From: Selaginella moellendorffii
Lineage: Eukaryota > Plantae > Lycopodiophyta
Assembly (NCBI RefSeq): GCF_000143415.4
Contig: NW_003314313.1
Coordinates: 425,759 to 489,626 of the forward strand
Direction of reading: 5' to 3'
Length of the DNA stretch: 63,868 nt
In this document: positions 1 through 12,391 of the stretch, piece by piece
Position numbering within the stretch: the first letter of the stretch is position 1
How the letters are laid out: each line of letters opens with the position of its first letter
Made by a program: the position numbers and the translations under genes
Notes under the pieces: generated by a model
Told to the model about the DNA's origin: nothing
What the model saw: the letters and a program-made list of their open reading frames with translations, nothing else
Database searches by the model: none

Positions 1-297
1 CCTTTTCTAGCAAACCCACCACCTACACCAGATGCCGCAACTGGGCTTTCACCGTAAATGCCAGACCTGATTCATTTCTCTATCGTATGAAGGCATTTTG
101 GCCAGGATCGGAGTGACAAGTTCTGGACAAGCAGAATAGATACTCGTCAGGACAATACATATATCTTTATTATAATTACTATTTAATAATCAATACAAAG
201 CCAAGTAGTCAATGCTTCATTTAGGTGCATACAAGCTGATGTATTGTTTCCTGGCACCAGCAAACGGCCTTGAGATACGGAGTATGATACGAATATG

Positions 298-1289
298 TTA
301 CCTGACGCGGTGCTCGTCCTGTGGCCTGTTGTAAGGCGTCCAAACTGGTTTTCCCACAAAGAAACGCATAGCCTGAAGCATCAGGAGATAAATTCGTGTG
401 TGATCTCAATACCACCTTGACGTAATTGTTGTTATCCAGAGTGAAGCGAGGGTAGCTTCCAGCAGGAAGTACGATCATGTCTCCCTTCTTCGCCCAAGTC
501 TCTCACATCGAAGTAGCCTGCGTTTGTCAAACGATACTTACATCAAGCTGTTCTTCTCAATTACTACTATCGCTTTTGGTCTAAATTGGAAGCCGAGTTT
601 GCTAGTTACCGCTTCCATCGAGGCAGTAGCGGATCTCCTCGTCCAGATGGATGTGCTCCTCGAAGAAGCTCTGATCTTGTGCTCGCAGTTTGGCAGCTTC
701 TCCGGACTCACGGTGATGATATCCTGTGTGAAACAAAGAAATCAACATAAGCTTTTTTTGCAAATTACTGTAGCTTTGCTCGTCTCTTCCGATCCAAGAG
801 CTACCTGGAGTATCCTCGCTTCTTTCGTATCTCCTGTAGCTTTGAGTCGGTCTCGTACTGATCTGCGTCAAGATCGCAGTGCAAAACACCCAGGGCACCA
901 AAGCGTTTCCAAGGTGAGAAGCAGCAGAACAAAGAAATCTCACAGAAAACCTGCGAGCTTAAACGAGCTGACTGGGCCGGTCTCTGCTCGCCCTAGCGCC
1001 TTGCTCAGCTCGCTAGTGCCGTTATCTGTAGCAAATCAATGTCGTCAATCTTATTTGCTAGAGCGATAGTTTGCACAGAAGTGCTGTATTGGCGGGCTAT
1101 GGAAGTTAAACGTTTCACCCCTGAAGAAACAATGTTAGCACAAGAGAAGAAAAGGAAAAAATCCCATACTCTTGAGAACGAGACAGGATGAGTGACGCTC
1201 CGATCCGTTGCTTCTCCGGCCTATTTGCAGAGAAAACACTCCATCACTAGCTATCTTGCTAGAAATTCCGCTCATACCTTGTCCGCCAT
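298..1289 (-). pseudogene. ARD: Acireductone dioxygenase (ARD, methionine salvage) pseudogene
   Basis: Minus-strand exons read MADK, DIITVSPEKLPNCEHKI, SFFEEHIHLDEEIRYCLDGSG, YFDVRD, WAKKGDMIVLPAGSYPRFTLDNNNYVK and [17 protein letters not shown]. Lesions: 1-nt deletion between KI and SFFEEH (~670), deletion/frameshift after YFDVRD (~495), and His->Pro in the usual YHRF metal-ligand motif. Confidence 0.85.
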
Positions 1290-2398
1290 GGCCGAAATCT
1301 TCCCTGCATTCTCCCGACGCCTCCCGATCGGCACGGATTTGGCCAGGGAAGGGAGCCTAGAGATCCCGCGGTCGATCGCAGTGCTAGCGCCCGCCAAGCC
1401 AGCGGCAAGATGAGCAACCCTAGCCTGCATAGCGCGAGAACGAGCTAGGGCTTTGAGCAAAAGAATCTCAAACGGCTAAGTTTTGACCAAAGTTGACTGT
1501 TTATCTTAATTAATAGAACTTTGGTAGTCTTGTGAATGTTCCACCCCCTTTCATGAACATAGAGCCAGCCTTACAAACCTTTGAATGAGAATGTTTGTTC
1601 CAAAGTGTTCCATGTTTATAAGACTGGTGGATCCGACCTGGACGCTAGTTCGTTCCACAAATTTCTTTTCAAGCTTTTGTGCCTTCCACGAGAATTTCGT
1701 TCCACGCTATTGACGCCCGCTATTTGGTCTGAGAAAGAAAGACCCGAAAGTAAAGCAAATCTGGTTTAGTTTTATGCCCTGCTTGAAAATTTTCATGACT
1801 TGGGCGTGACTTGAATAGTGGCCAGGTCTGCAAGGGAAGGATGCAGTGATGGTTTCTCAAGAAGCCAAATTTCTTCCTATTCATAACATGCCCCGTGTTG
1901 ACGAAGTGAAAATTTTGATGCTGATAGCAAAGAAAATGCACTGTTTAACTCAAAAGGTACTGTTTTCGAGTTTTTCTCAACCATAACTAACTCTGAAATA
2001 GTATAGCGCTACCAAGTAAACGAATACTCTTCCAATACTGAATCCAGCTCAGATGTTTAAAACACTGGTCAAAAAGAAGATAATTCATACTTATCTGTAC
2101 ACACGTCTTTGACCAGTGTTGGTTTGCTGGTCTTTGAGGCAGCCTGTAACAACACAAAAGACCATGAAATTCCGCGTTATGGATACAGCATGAGCGTCCG
2201 ACACGTAATGGCACTTGAAACTTGTCGATTTATGGCACGGTCCGAGTCCTGAGCTAGTCGCTTAAGCCCCTCGATTGATTTAACAGGATCAGTAAAAAAA
2301 AAATGTGATGACTATATAAGCAATCCAGCTGCGTACTCTGATCCTCCAGTCCAGTCTTCTCATTCGAAAGCCTGTAAGCACAGTAAGGTGTGAGAGGA

Positions 2399-5300
2399 AT
2401 GTCTCAAACACAAGCTGAGTGTACCATCAAAGTCGGATACGATGCTGTTGTTGTTGGATCGGGCTACGGAGGATCAATTGCTGCCTATCGACTCGCAAAA
2501 GCGGGACTCCGTGTGTGTGTTCTAGAAAAGGGAAGACGATGGGATCCTCACGAGTTTCCAGCAACGCCATGGCAGCTGATTTCCAATATGCGATTTTTCA
2601 CTCCGTTTGGAAGAATAGGAAGGAGGAATGCTCTTTATGAGGTAAGTCTGTACCGCATTGTGTTCAAACACATGACACAGTTGGTCCATTTTTGAAGGTG
2701 CACAGCAACGGAGACTCGATCGCACTAGTTGGCTCAGGACTGGGAGGAGGCTCACTAGTGAATGCTGGCATTATAATGCCCACACCGAAAAGAGCACGAA
2801 AGCATCCAAAATGGCCAAGCGAGTGGGAGGAAGACTGGGAGAAATACGAAGCACAATCCCACAGCATTCTGGAGCCGGAATATACTCAGAATGAGCCACC
2901 AAAGTCCAAAGTGCTAGACCAAATTGCAAACGAGATAGAGGACGCAGCAAGAGATTCCATGAAGTTGACAATAAGTTTCAATCAGAAGAAGAATGCTGCT
3001 GGAGTTACACAAAAGGAATGTATTTCATGCGGTAACTGTCTATCAGGATGCAGGTACAATGCAAAGAGCTCAACAGACAAAAATTACCTCGAACTAGCCG
3101 CACAGGTACTTTTCCAGCCAAAACTGAAGGCACATCTTCTTACGGAAATCGTATGTGCAGGCCGGAGCCAGAATTTGCACGCAGACGGAAGTGATGTTCA
3201 TCTTGGATACCTCTAGCCACGGAGAAGAATTTAATTGTCAACCCTGCAATCACGAAGCAAATTGCAAATCAGTAGCTACTAGAAGGTGGCGTGTGTACCT
3301 GAATGAAGTCAATTATATTTCAGCAGACTACGTCATTCTAGCTGGTACCACCCTGTAAACGCTTTGACCTTTTATCGCTAACATCCCTTTTCTACTTCAG
3401 CTGGTGTTCTTGGCACGAACGAGATCCTCCTGAGATCAAAAGAGCGAGGCCTACAACTGTCCGAACAGTTGGGGCACGGAGTTAGCTCCAATGGAAATAA
3501 TATCGCTTACATAACAGGCACAGCTGCACAAACTCAAGCTCGAGGACTAAGAGAAAATGAGTTCTCAAGGACTCCCATGCAGCTACGTCCTGGACCAGTC
3601 ATATCAAGTTCACACACATCATCACTTGGTTTCACCATACAGGTAATATTACCTTGAAAACACTTAAGTTAAACACTCTTACAGGGATCCTCTATTCCTC
3701 GAGCAACTCCCGAGACTTTACTGAGGGGAGTGATTACTTATGGCCAGCATGACTACGGATTCCTTGTTGGTATATGGGAACGCATCAAGCATTGGACAGG
3801 AATGAAAAACAGCCAAGCTCTAGTATTGAATATGATGGGATATGACGCTGCTGACGGGCAAATCAAGCTAGACAAGGCAACAGGAAGACTGGAATACAGT
3901 GCAGCGAAGGACTTACTTTTTCACCAGAAGCTTCGGACCGCTGAAAGATTGGCAGCCCGCCTTCGTGGGAAGCTATACATGAGTCGCTTCAGAAGTGTTA
4001 CAGTTCATCTTTTGGGAGGTTGCAACGCAGCACCAGACTCATCCACTGGCGTGACAAACGCAAGCGGCCAGGTTTTCTTCCCTAAGAAGAACAAATATCA
4101 GTTGAATCAGCCAACGAAAGTTCATTCTGGCCTCTACGTGTGCGATGCCTCTTTGATTCCATGCTCCGTTGGATTGAATCCGGTCAGCACCATCTCTATA
4201 GTTGCAGAGAGAGTTGCGAATGGAATTGTCAACGACGCACACAACTACCTGTCAAAAAATATTCAGCACGAGGTATTGACTGGCGATCTCAGTGATTTCA
4301 AGTCAAGGACATACCTCAACTCGCGGCTTTCTTGCGAAATGGAGAGCAGCCACGTCATTATCCACGAAAAACTGGCAGGAAATATTGGAGGAGCTCCTTG
4401 CACGCTGCGATTGGTGATGCATATGGGACAAGACAAGGATAGGGCTGCAAGTAATCTCACATTTGGAGATAGTCACCCTCTGCTGCGTGGATATGTTGGA
4501 GGCGATGTTCTTATTCCTTCGCTGGAACCAAGTCCACTTTATGTGGTTGACGGATACGTAGATATGTGCCATGTCGATGAAAGAACTCCTTTCACTCAAT
4601 ATATGCACTATCACCTGGTTCTGTCAACAAACACAGGCACCAGGTAAGTTATCCTATCTTCTGTCAATCTGATCTCATTGAAAACTATGGTTTCTGAAGG
4701 TATACTTTGGACGGAAGGAAAGAGATGCGACCATTCATGAGCGGCCTAATGTGTTACTCTGATGCAACCACACTACATATCGTTGTTCGAGCTCAGCAGG
4801 ACTCACCAAAACCGGTTGCCTTGAAAGGAAAAGTGCGGGTAACTCTTCCCGAGTTACTTAAGTCCCTAATATTGTTACGAGGGCCAAGGAAGCGGGAGTT
4901 TGTAGGAAGACTCCTGGAAACACTTGCTAGGACGTACTTGATGAGAACACCGAGAGCGACAAGCCGGGAAATGGCAAAACCAGAAGACTCGACCGAAAAC
5001 TATCCAAGCTATGTACTTCATGAGATTGCCACAGGTAAAAACAGACTTGACTCTTTTATACAGGCAGTGACAGATTGCTTGTGCAGGAGATGGTGCCCGC
5101 ATTACCTGCAAGCAATGGTGCTCGAAGGGTGCTGCTCAGGATGAGAACGTCAAAATTGTTTTGCTTCTCAATGGTTATGCCACAGAGAGTTTCTGTGTCC
5201 CTACGGAAAACCACGACATCGTAAGAACACTTCTAGAGAACGACTATGAACCTTGGCTCTTGCAAACACGTTTCCATCCGTCGCATCCGACTCCAACTTC

Positions 5301-6367
5301 TTTCACTTTCGATGACGTCGCTCGGTTCGACATTCCAGCCGGTATGTGCACTCTGTCAAAAACCGAAAAAGTTTAATGCTGGAAATTTTTACAGCATTTG
5401 CAAAGATGAGCCACGTCAAGAGAAAGTCGGTAACAGCACACGTTATTGCTCATTGCATAGGAGGAGTCTCAATTCACATGAGCTTGATGGGTGGATACAT
5501 ACCTCCATCGTCGATAGCATCACTGATTTGCACAAACTCGTCCATGTTCTTCAACTTCGTTCCATCAGCGCTCGTCAAGTTGACTCTGCCTCTCATTCCT
5601 GTAAGTAGTTTTTGCGTTAGCCATAAAAAAAAGGAGACTTACGTCTTGTTGTTTATCTACTACAGATTTCTATGACAATCCTGGGAAAGAAGCTCGTCAT
5701 ACCAATAAGTCCTCCGCAAGAAGAACCGATGTCGTGGCGACACAAGCTACTCCGCGCAATTGCTCGAGCGATACCACGCACGGAGCGCTGCCACTGTGAC
5801 GAATGCAACGTTTTCTCAGGAATTTTCGGCAACACATTCTGGCACGAGAAAGTCAGACTGGAAACGCACAACTGGTTGACCAAGCAGGCAGTGCAAACTC
5901 TATCAATGGCAGCATTGCCACACGCACGTAAAATCGTTCTCGCGGGACACGTAGTAGACAACGAGGGGAAAAACGAGACTTACATGGCTCATCCGGAGAG
6001 GCTAGCAGTCCACACCACGTATATCTCCGGCGGCCGCCCCATTCTCGTCACTCCAGAGACCTCTCTCCGCGCGCACGGATTCATGAAGCGGCATCACCCT
6101 GGATTCAGCCACGCTCGAATCGTGATTCAAGACTACGGACACTCCGACCTGTGGATCGGAGAGCATTCGCACGGGGACGTGTTCCCGCTGGTGCTGGAGC
6201 GCCTCAAATCCGCCGGGAGAAGCCATCCGAGCGATAACCTCCAGAAGAATGCGATACTGCCGTGGGAGGAGTCGCTGATCGCTGGTAGGAATGGCGCGTG
6301 CGGCGGCGTTGTCTTCATCCTGATGGCGCTGCTCGCGATCGCCTTGCTCTGCTTGGTAAACCATTGA
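2399..6367 (+). CDS. GMC oxidoreductase (cholesterol-oxidase-like) fused to alpha/beta hydrolase with C-terminal TM helix, copy 1 (multi-exon)
   Basis: GSGYGG Rossmann motif, LEKG, GSGLGGGSLVNA, CISCGNCLSGC, VHLLGGC, GLYVCDASLIP..VGLNP; then LLLNGY, HVIAHCIGG, YGHSDLWIG; hydrophobic tail VVFILMALLAIALLCLV. GT-AG introns join the ORF pieces. Confidence 0.9.
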
Positions 6368-7245
6368 ATCTGCCAGTACAATGGTGATCACAACTTGTGA
6401 TTTGATGCAAACAAATCAGGGAGAATGCACTGCTCCCGTGACAGCAAGCCCCATCATCTGAAACTATTACATTGTTAGCTAAGAAAGAGCATCCTTTAAA
6501 CCCTTTTGTGTGCTTCCAATTCCATGCTATTTGGGAACTTATGACCACTATATGGCTGCATCAAGTGGTGGTGCTTGTCAAACCAATCCAATGTTTCCAT
6601 ACCTCAATTAGAACAAGAGAGAGCATGTTAGACTTATCATTAGCTGCACTTGCCAGTTAGTGCTGGAGTTTGTCGCCACTGGAGTATAGTGAGTTTTTCT
6701 AGCTCATTTTTTTGACTCGGATGATAGCAATCCATGTTGACTAGTAGTTTACCAATTAAGAATTTTTATTTTACTATTGTTGTTGAGGAGTTTTTTTTTT
6801 TCCTTCATGAATGAACAGTCTTAAAAGTCCACTTATCTTCCCATAGTTTAGTATCAACAAGGTTTAACCAATCTCTTAAATTTTTGCCAAAGTATTTTAT
6901 AAGCCTTAGGATTTTTGTATTTTTTTATAACAAAAAGCTTGAGCAATTTTTTTTCTTATTTCCTTTTAACAATTGCTAAATTTTTTTTTTCTCTTCCACT
7001 TTATTTCTTCTTTAATTTTTTCACTTTCTCCTCAAATTTAATTTTTTTTCTTTAAAGGAGTGGGTATGCATAGAAGTCCGATCCTAACAAATTCAACAAA
7101 TTCAAAGTCAAAATTTGTATGCGTGTTGTGCTGACGGATGGTACCTTGATAGGCAGTTTTCCATTCTAGTTCTTTGTCCCTAGAACATCTCGACGAGGGT
7201 GAATTTCTGTAAGAAAGAGGGGAGAACAAAAGTGAGACGACTTTT

Positions 7246-10200
7246 ATGTCTCAAACGCAAGTGGAACGTACCATCCAAGTCGGGTACGACGCGGTTGTTG
7301 TTGGATCTGGCTATGGAGGATCGATTGCTGCATATCGACTCGCAGAAGCAGGAATCCGTGTGTGCGTTCTCGAGAAAGGAAGACGATGGGAGCCTCACCA
7401 GTTTCCAGCAACGCCCTGGAAATTGCTTTCCAGCACGCGTTTTCTTACTCCATTCGGAAGCATTGGGAAGAAGGATGCTCTCTATGAGGTGAGTTACTGA
7501 ATAGCATTGTACTTCTCCTGTTAAAACATATATACACACAGTTAGTCCATGTTTACAGGTGCACAGCCATGGAGACTCTGTCGCTCTAGTTGGGTCAGGA
7601 CTGGGAGGAGGCTCGCTAGTGAATGCTGGAATCATCATGCCCACACCGAAAAGAGCACGAAGGCATCCAAACTGGCCAAAAGAGTGGGAGGAAGACTGGG
7701 ATCTATACGAAGCAAAATCTCACAGCATTCTGGAGCCTGAAGAAATCCTGCACGAGGCTCCAAAATCAAAAGTGCTAGACAAAATTGCAAACGAGATAGA
7801 GGACGCAGCAAGAGATTCGATGAAGTTGACAATAAGTTTCAATCAGAAGAAGAATGCTGCTGGAGTTACACAAAACGAATGCATTTCATGCGGTAACTGT
7901 CTATCAGGATGCAGGTACAACGCAAAGAGCTCAACAGACAAAAATTACCTTGAACTAGCCGCACAGGTACTTGTCCAGCCAAAACTGAAGGCACATCTTC
8001 TTACGGAAACCGAATGTGCAGGCCGGAGCCAGAATTTGCACGCAGACGGAAGTGATGTTCATCAGCGAGAACTCCAGCCATGAAAAGGAAACTTGTTGTC
8101 AACCCTGCAATCATGGAGCAAATTGCAAATCAGTAGCTAAAAGAAGATGGCGCGTGCACCTGAATGAAGCGGATTATATTTCAGCAGACTACGTCATTGT
8201 AGCCGGTACTATCGTGTAAAAGCTGGAAACCTTGGTCGCTGATATTTGCTGACCTTTCTTTCTTCAGCTGGTGTTCTTGGCACGAACGAGATCCTCCTGA
8301 GATCAAGAGAGCGAGGCCTACAACTGTCCCAACAGTTGGGGCACGGAGTTAGCTCCAATGGAAATAATATCGCTTACATAACAGGCACAGCTGCACAAAC
8401 TCAAGCTCGAGGACTAAGAGAAAATGAGTTCTCAAGGACTCCCATGCAGCTACGTCCTGGACCAGTCATATCAAGGTCACACACATCATCACTTGGTTTT
8501 ACCATACAGGTAATATTACCTTGAAAACACTTAAGTTAAACACTCTTACAGGGATCCTCTATTCCTCGAGCAACTCCCGAGACTTTACTGAGGGGAGTGT
8601 TTACTTATGGCCAGCATGACTACGGATTCCTTGTTGGTATATGGGAACACATCAAGCAATGGACAGGAATGCAAAACAGCCAAGCTCTAGTCCTGAATAT
8701 GATGGGATATGACGCTGCTGACGGGCAAATCAAGCTAGACAAGGTAACAGGAAGACTGGAATACAATGCAGCGAAGGACTTACTTTTTCACCATAAGCTT
8801 CGAACCGCTGAAAGGTTGGCAGCCCGCCTTCGTGGGAAGCTATACATGAGTCGCTTCAGAAGTGTTACAGTTCATCTTTTGGGAGGTTGCAACGCAGCAC
8901 CAGACTCATCCACAGGCGTGACAAACGCTAGCGGTCAGCTGTTCTTCCCTGATACAAGCAACGTTCAGTTCACGAAGACAACAAAAGTTCACGCAGGCCT
9001 GTACATTTGCGATGCCTCTTTGATTCCATGCTCTGTTGGATTGAATCCTGTCAGCACGATCTCTATAGTTGCAGAGAGAGTTGCGAATGGAATTGTCAAC
9101 GACGCACACAACTATCTGTTAAAAAAGTTCCAGCACGAAGGCGATCATAGTAATTTCAAAACAAGAACGTACCTCAACTCGCGGCTTGCTTGCGAAATGA
9201 AGAGCAGCCGCGTCATTATCCACGAGAAAATGAGAGGAAATATTGGAGGAGCTCCTTGCACACTGCGATTAGTGATGCATATGGGACAAAACAAGGATAC
9301 GGCTGCAAGTAATTGCGCGTTTGGAGATTGTCATCCTCTACTGCGTGGATATGTTGGAGGCGATGCTCTTATTCCTTCTCTGGAACCAGGTCCTTTATAT
9401 GTGATTGATGGATACGTGGATATGTGCCATGTCGATGAAAGAACTCCTTTCACTCAGTATATGCACTATCACCTGCTTTTGTCAACAAACACGGGAACCA
9501 GGTAAGTTATCCTATCTTCTGTCAATCTGATCTCATTGAAAACTATGGTTTCTGAAGGTATACTTTGGACGGAAGGAAAGAGATGCGACCATTCATGAGC
9601 GGCCTGATGTGTTACTCTGATGCAACCACGCTACATATCGTTGTTCGAGCTCAGCAGGACTCACCAAAACCGATTGCCTTGAAAGGAAAAGTGCGGGTAA
9701 CTCTTCCCGAGTTACTCAAGTCCCTAATATTCTTACGAGGGCCAAGGAAGCGGGAGTTCATAAGACGGCTCCTGGAGACACTTGCTAGGACGTACTTGAT
9801 GAGAATACCTAGGACTCGAAGAGAAAAGGTGACCAGGACACAACACTTGACAGACAACTATCCAAACTACGTTCTTCATGAACTCGTGACAGGTATTAAA
9901 AAGAATTTTTAACAGGCAGTCATTCTGACGCTGGTCTAGGGGATGGTGTGCACATTACCTGCAAGCAATGGTGCTCACAAGATTCTGCGGACAACCAAAA
10001 CTCTAGAGTAGTTTTGTTGCTCAATGGTTATTCCACAGAGAGCTTCTGGCTTCCTACAGAAAGTAATGACATCATACGAACGCTGATACAGAATGATTAC
10101 GAACCTTGGCTGCTGCAAACACGCTTGCATCCATTGCATCCAACAAAAAGTTCTTTTACTTTCGACGATATTGCTCGCTTCGACATTCCATCTGGTATGG

Positions 10201-11225
10201 TCCTGTTTTAAGGAGGAAAATGGTTAACGTTAAAGCTCTGCAGCGTTTGCGAAGATAAACCAAGTCAAGAAAAAGCAGGTAGCTGCACACGTTATTGCTC
10301 ACTGCATAGGGGGACTCTCAATTCACATGAGCTTGATGGGTGGATACATACCTCCATCTTCGATAGCATCACTAGTTTGCACAAACTCGTCCATGTTCTT
10401 CCACTTGGTTCCATCAGCGCTCGTGAAGCTGACTCTACCTCTCATTCCTGTAAGTATTTTTTGCGTTAGCCATCTACAAGCCCATGCTTACATGTTTTTC
10501 TACAGATTTCTATGAAAATCCTGGGAAAGCACACCATCATGCCGATCAGTGCTCCAAAAGAACCAATGTCGTGGCGGCACAGACTACTGCGCTCAATCGC
10601 TCGAGCTATACCACGTACTGAGAGCTGCCCATGCGATGAATGCAATGTTTCCTCAGGAATTTTCGGCAGCGCATTCTGGCACCAAAACGTTCGGCTAGAA
10701 ATGCACGACTGGCTGAATAAGCAGGCAATGCCAGTTCTTCCAATGGCAGGATTTCCACATTTGCGATTAATCGCTCTAGCGGGACACATAGTCGACAGTA
10801 AAGGAGACAAGGAGACTTACATGGCTCATCCGGAGAGGCTAGCGGTGCATACGACTTATATTTCCGGCGGCCGCCCCATTCTCGTCACTCCAGAGACCTC
10901 TCTCCGCGCGCACGGATTCGTGAAGCGGCATCACCCTGGATTCAGCCACGCTCGAATCGTGATTCCAGATTACGGACATTCTGACCTGTGGATCGGAGAG
11001 CGTTCGCCAGAGGACGTGTTCCCGCTGGTGCTGGAACGCCTCAAATCCGCCGAGAGAAGCGACCCGACCGATAATCTCCAGAAGAACGCGATACTGCCGT
11101 GGGAGGAGCCGCTGATCGCTGGCAGGAATGGCGCCAGCGGCAGCGTCGTCTCCATCCTGATGGCGCTGCTCGCGATCACCTTGCTCTGCCTGCTAGCTCA
11201 GATAAACCCTAGCCCTAGAATTTGA
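7246..11225 (+). CDS. GMC oxidoreductase-alpha/beta hydrolase fusion, copy 2
   Basis: Same motifs and exon structure as copy 1; no obvious stops or frameshifts seen. Confidence 0.9.
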
Positions 11226-12391
11226 ACTTCCCGCCAAAAGAAAGAAATCTACACCTAATTTATTGGATAGCGTGTTCTTGGCTATTCGTCTCCTTCTCGT
11301 TATGCTCGAGGCCCAATCTGTGAGAAACACTGGTATCGATTCTCACAAACTTACCATCTGGAAGCACTCCACAAAGACTTTCGTCCAAAGCTTTTCCTGT
11401 CTAAGCCTCCATGGGAACTGGGAAAGCGCTTCAAAGTTTGCATGACTTGTTTGTCTACAGGCGGAGAGAAAAGCATCATTTGCTTGGCAGCCTTTTTCAA
11501 GTTTAATGCTACGTACCTTGGATGAGATTTTTGTTCGCGACTTTCAGCCAGTAGGTGATTTGCGCTGAAAGGAAAACTTCTAGTGTTGATATAAAACTAA
11601 GAGCTGGAAACTTTGACTTGATCTACCTGTGTTTGTAACGCCTGTTGCTAGAATGCACGTCTGAAGCACGGGGTCAGAATGAGAAAAAAAAGAGAGTAAA
11701 ACCCACCATGTCTGTAACGTCGATCGCAAAAGATACAGTAGGCAGCACTTCGTTTTCCCGGTTTTGCGGAAACACTTGCAACTTGGGCCGGGACAGTGAA
11801 TCGAATCCAGTTTCTCCTTGAAAGTTTTGTATCTTCGGGTTTCGCAAGTTGACCCTTTGGCAGCATCCAAGAAAGTCCAAAGCCTCACCTCCACAGTGTA
11901 TTGACTTTGAGCACGTCTTGACCGCAATCGAATCAATTTCTTGGCTGCTGTTCCAGCGAGTGTGTCAACTGTTGGCTTCTTCTAGTCGCTCAAGGCTGGC
12001 CCTGACAGGAACACCAACAGTTGTTAAAGCCTCTACCAACACAAGAGAAAAATAAAAAGTGAAGGAAACAAATTCAACGTCAAGGACAGTACGCACAGCA
12101 CATACTGGCCCTTGATGCACTGATTATGTGTCTGACCTTTGGATTTGTATATGCATTTTGTGCACGCACCCCTCCGTGTGCTGAGTTCACTTCCTTAAGG
12201 CCTGTTTACATAGTACACGGTCAGTAAAATTTTATAAAAAAATGTCGAAGCGGCGAGTATATAAGCGATGCATGCTGTTACCTTGATCAGAAGTCTTCGG
12301 CTCGCTCTAGAACAGCTCGACGAGCGAGGTGATAACGTTGTCAAGGAAGGAGTGAATTTCTGTAAGAGTGAGAACAAAAGTGAGACGAATT

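Noticed and set aside
524-1069. 181-aa plus-strand ORF
   Set aside because: Antisense to the ARD pseudogene, crosses its introns and has no motifs.
6660-7060. T-rich low-complexity tract between GMC copies 1 and 2
   Set aside because: No terminal repeats, TSD or ORF that I could define, so it cannot be assigned.
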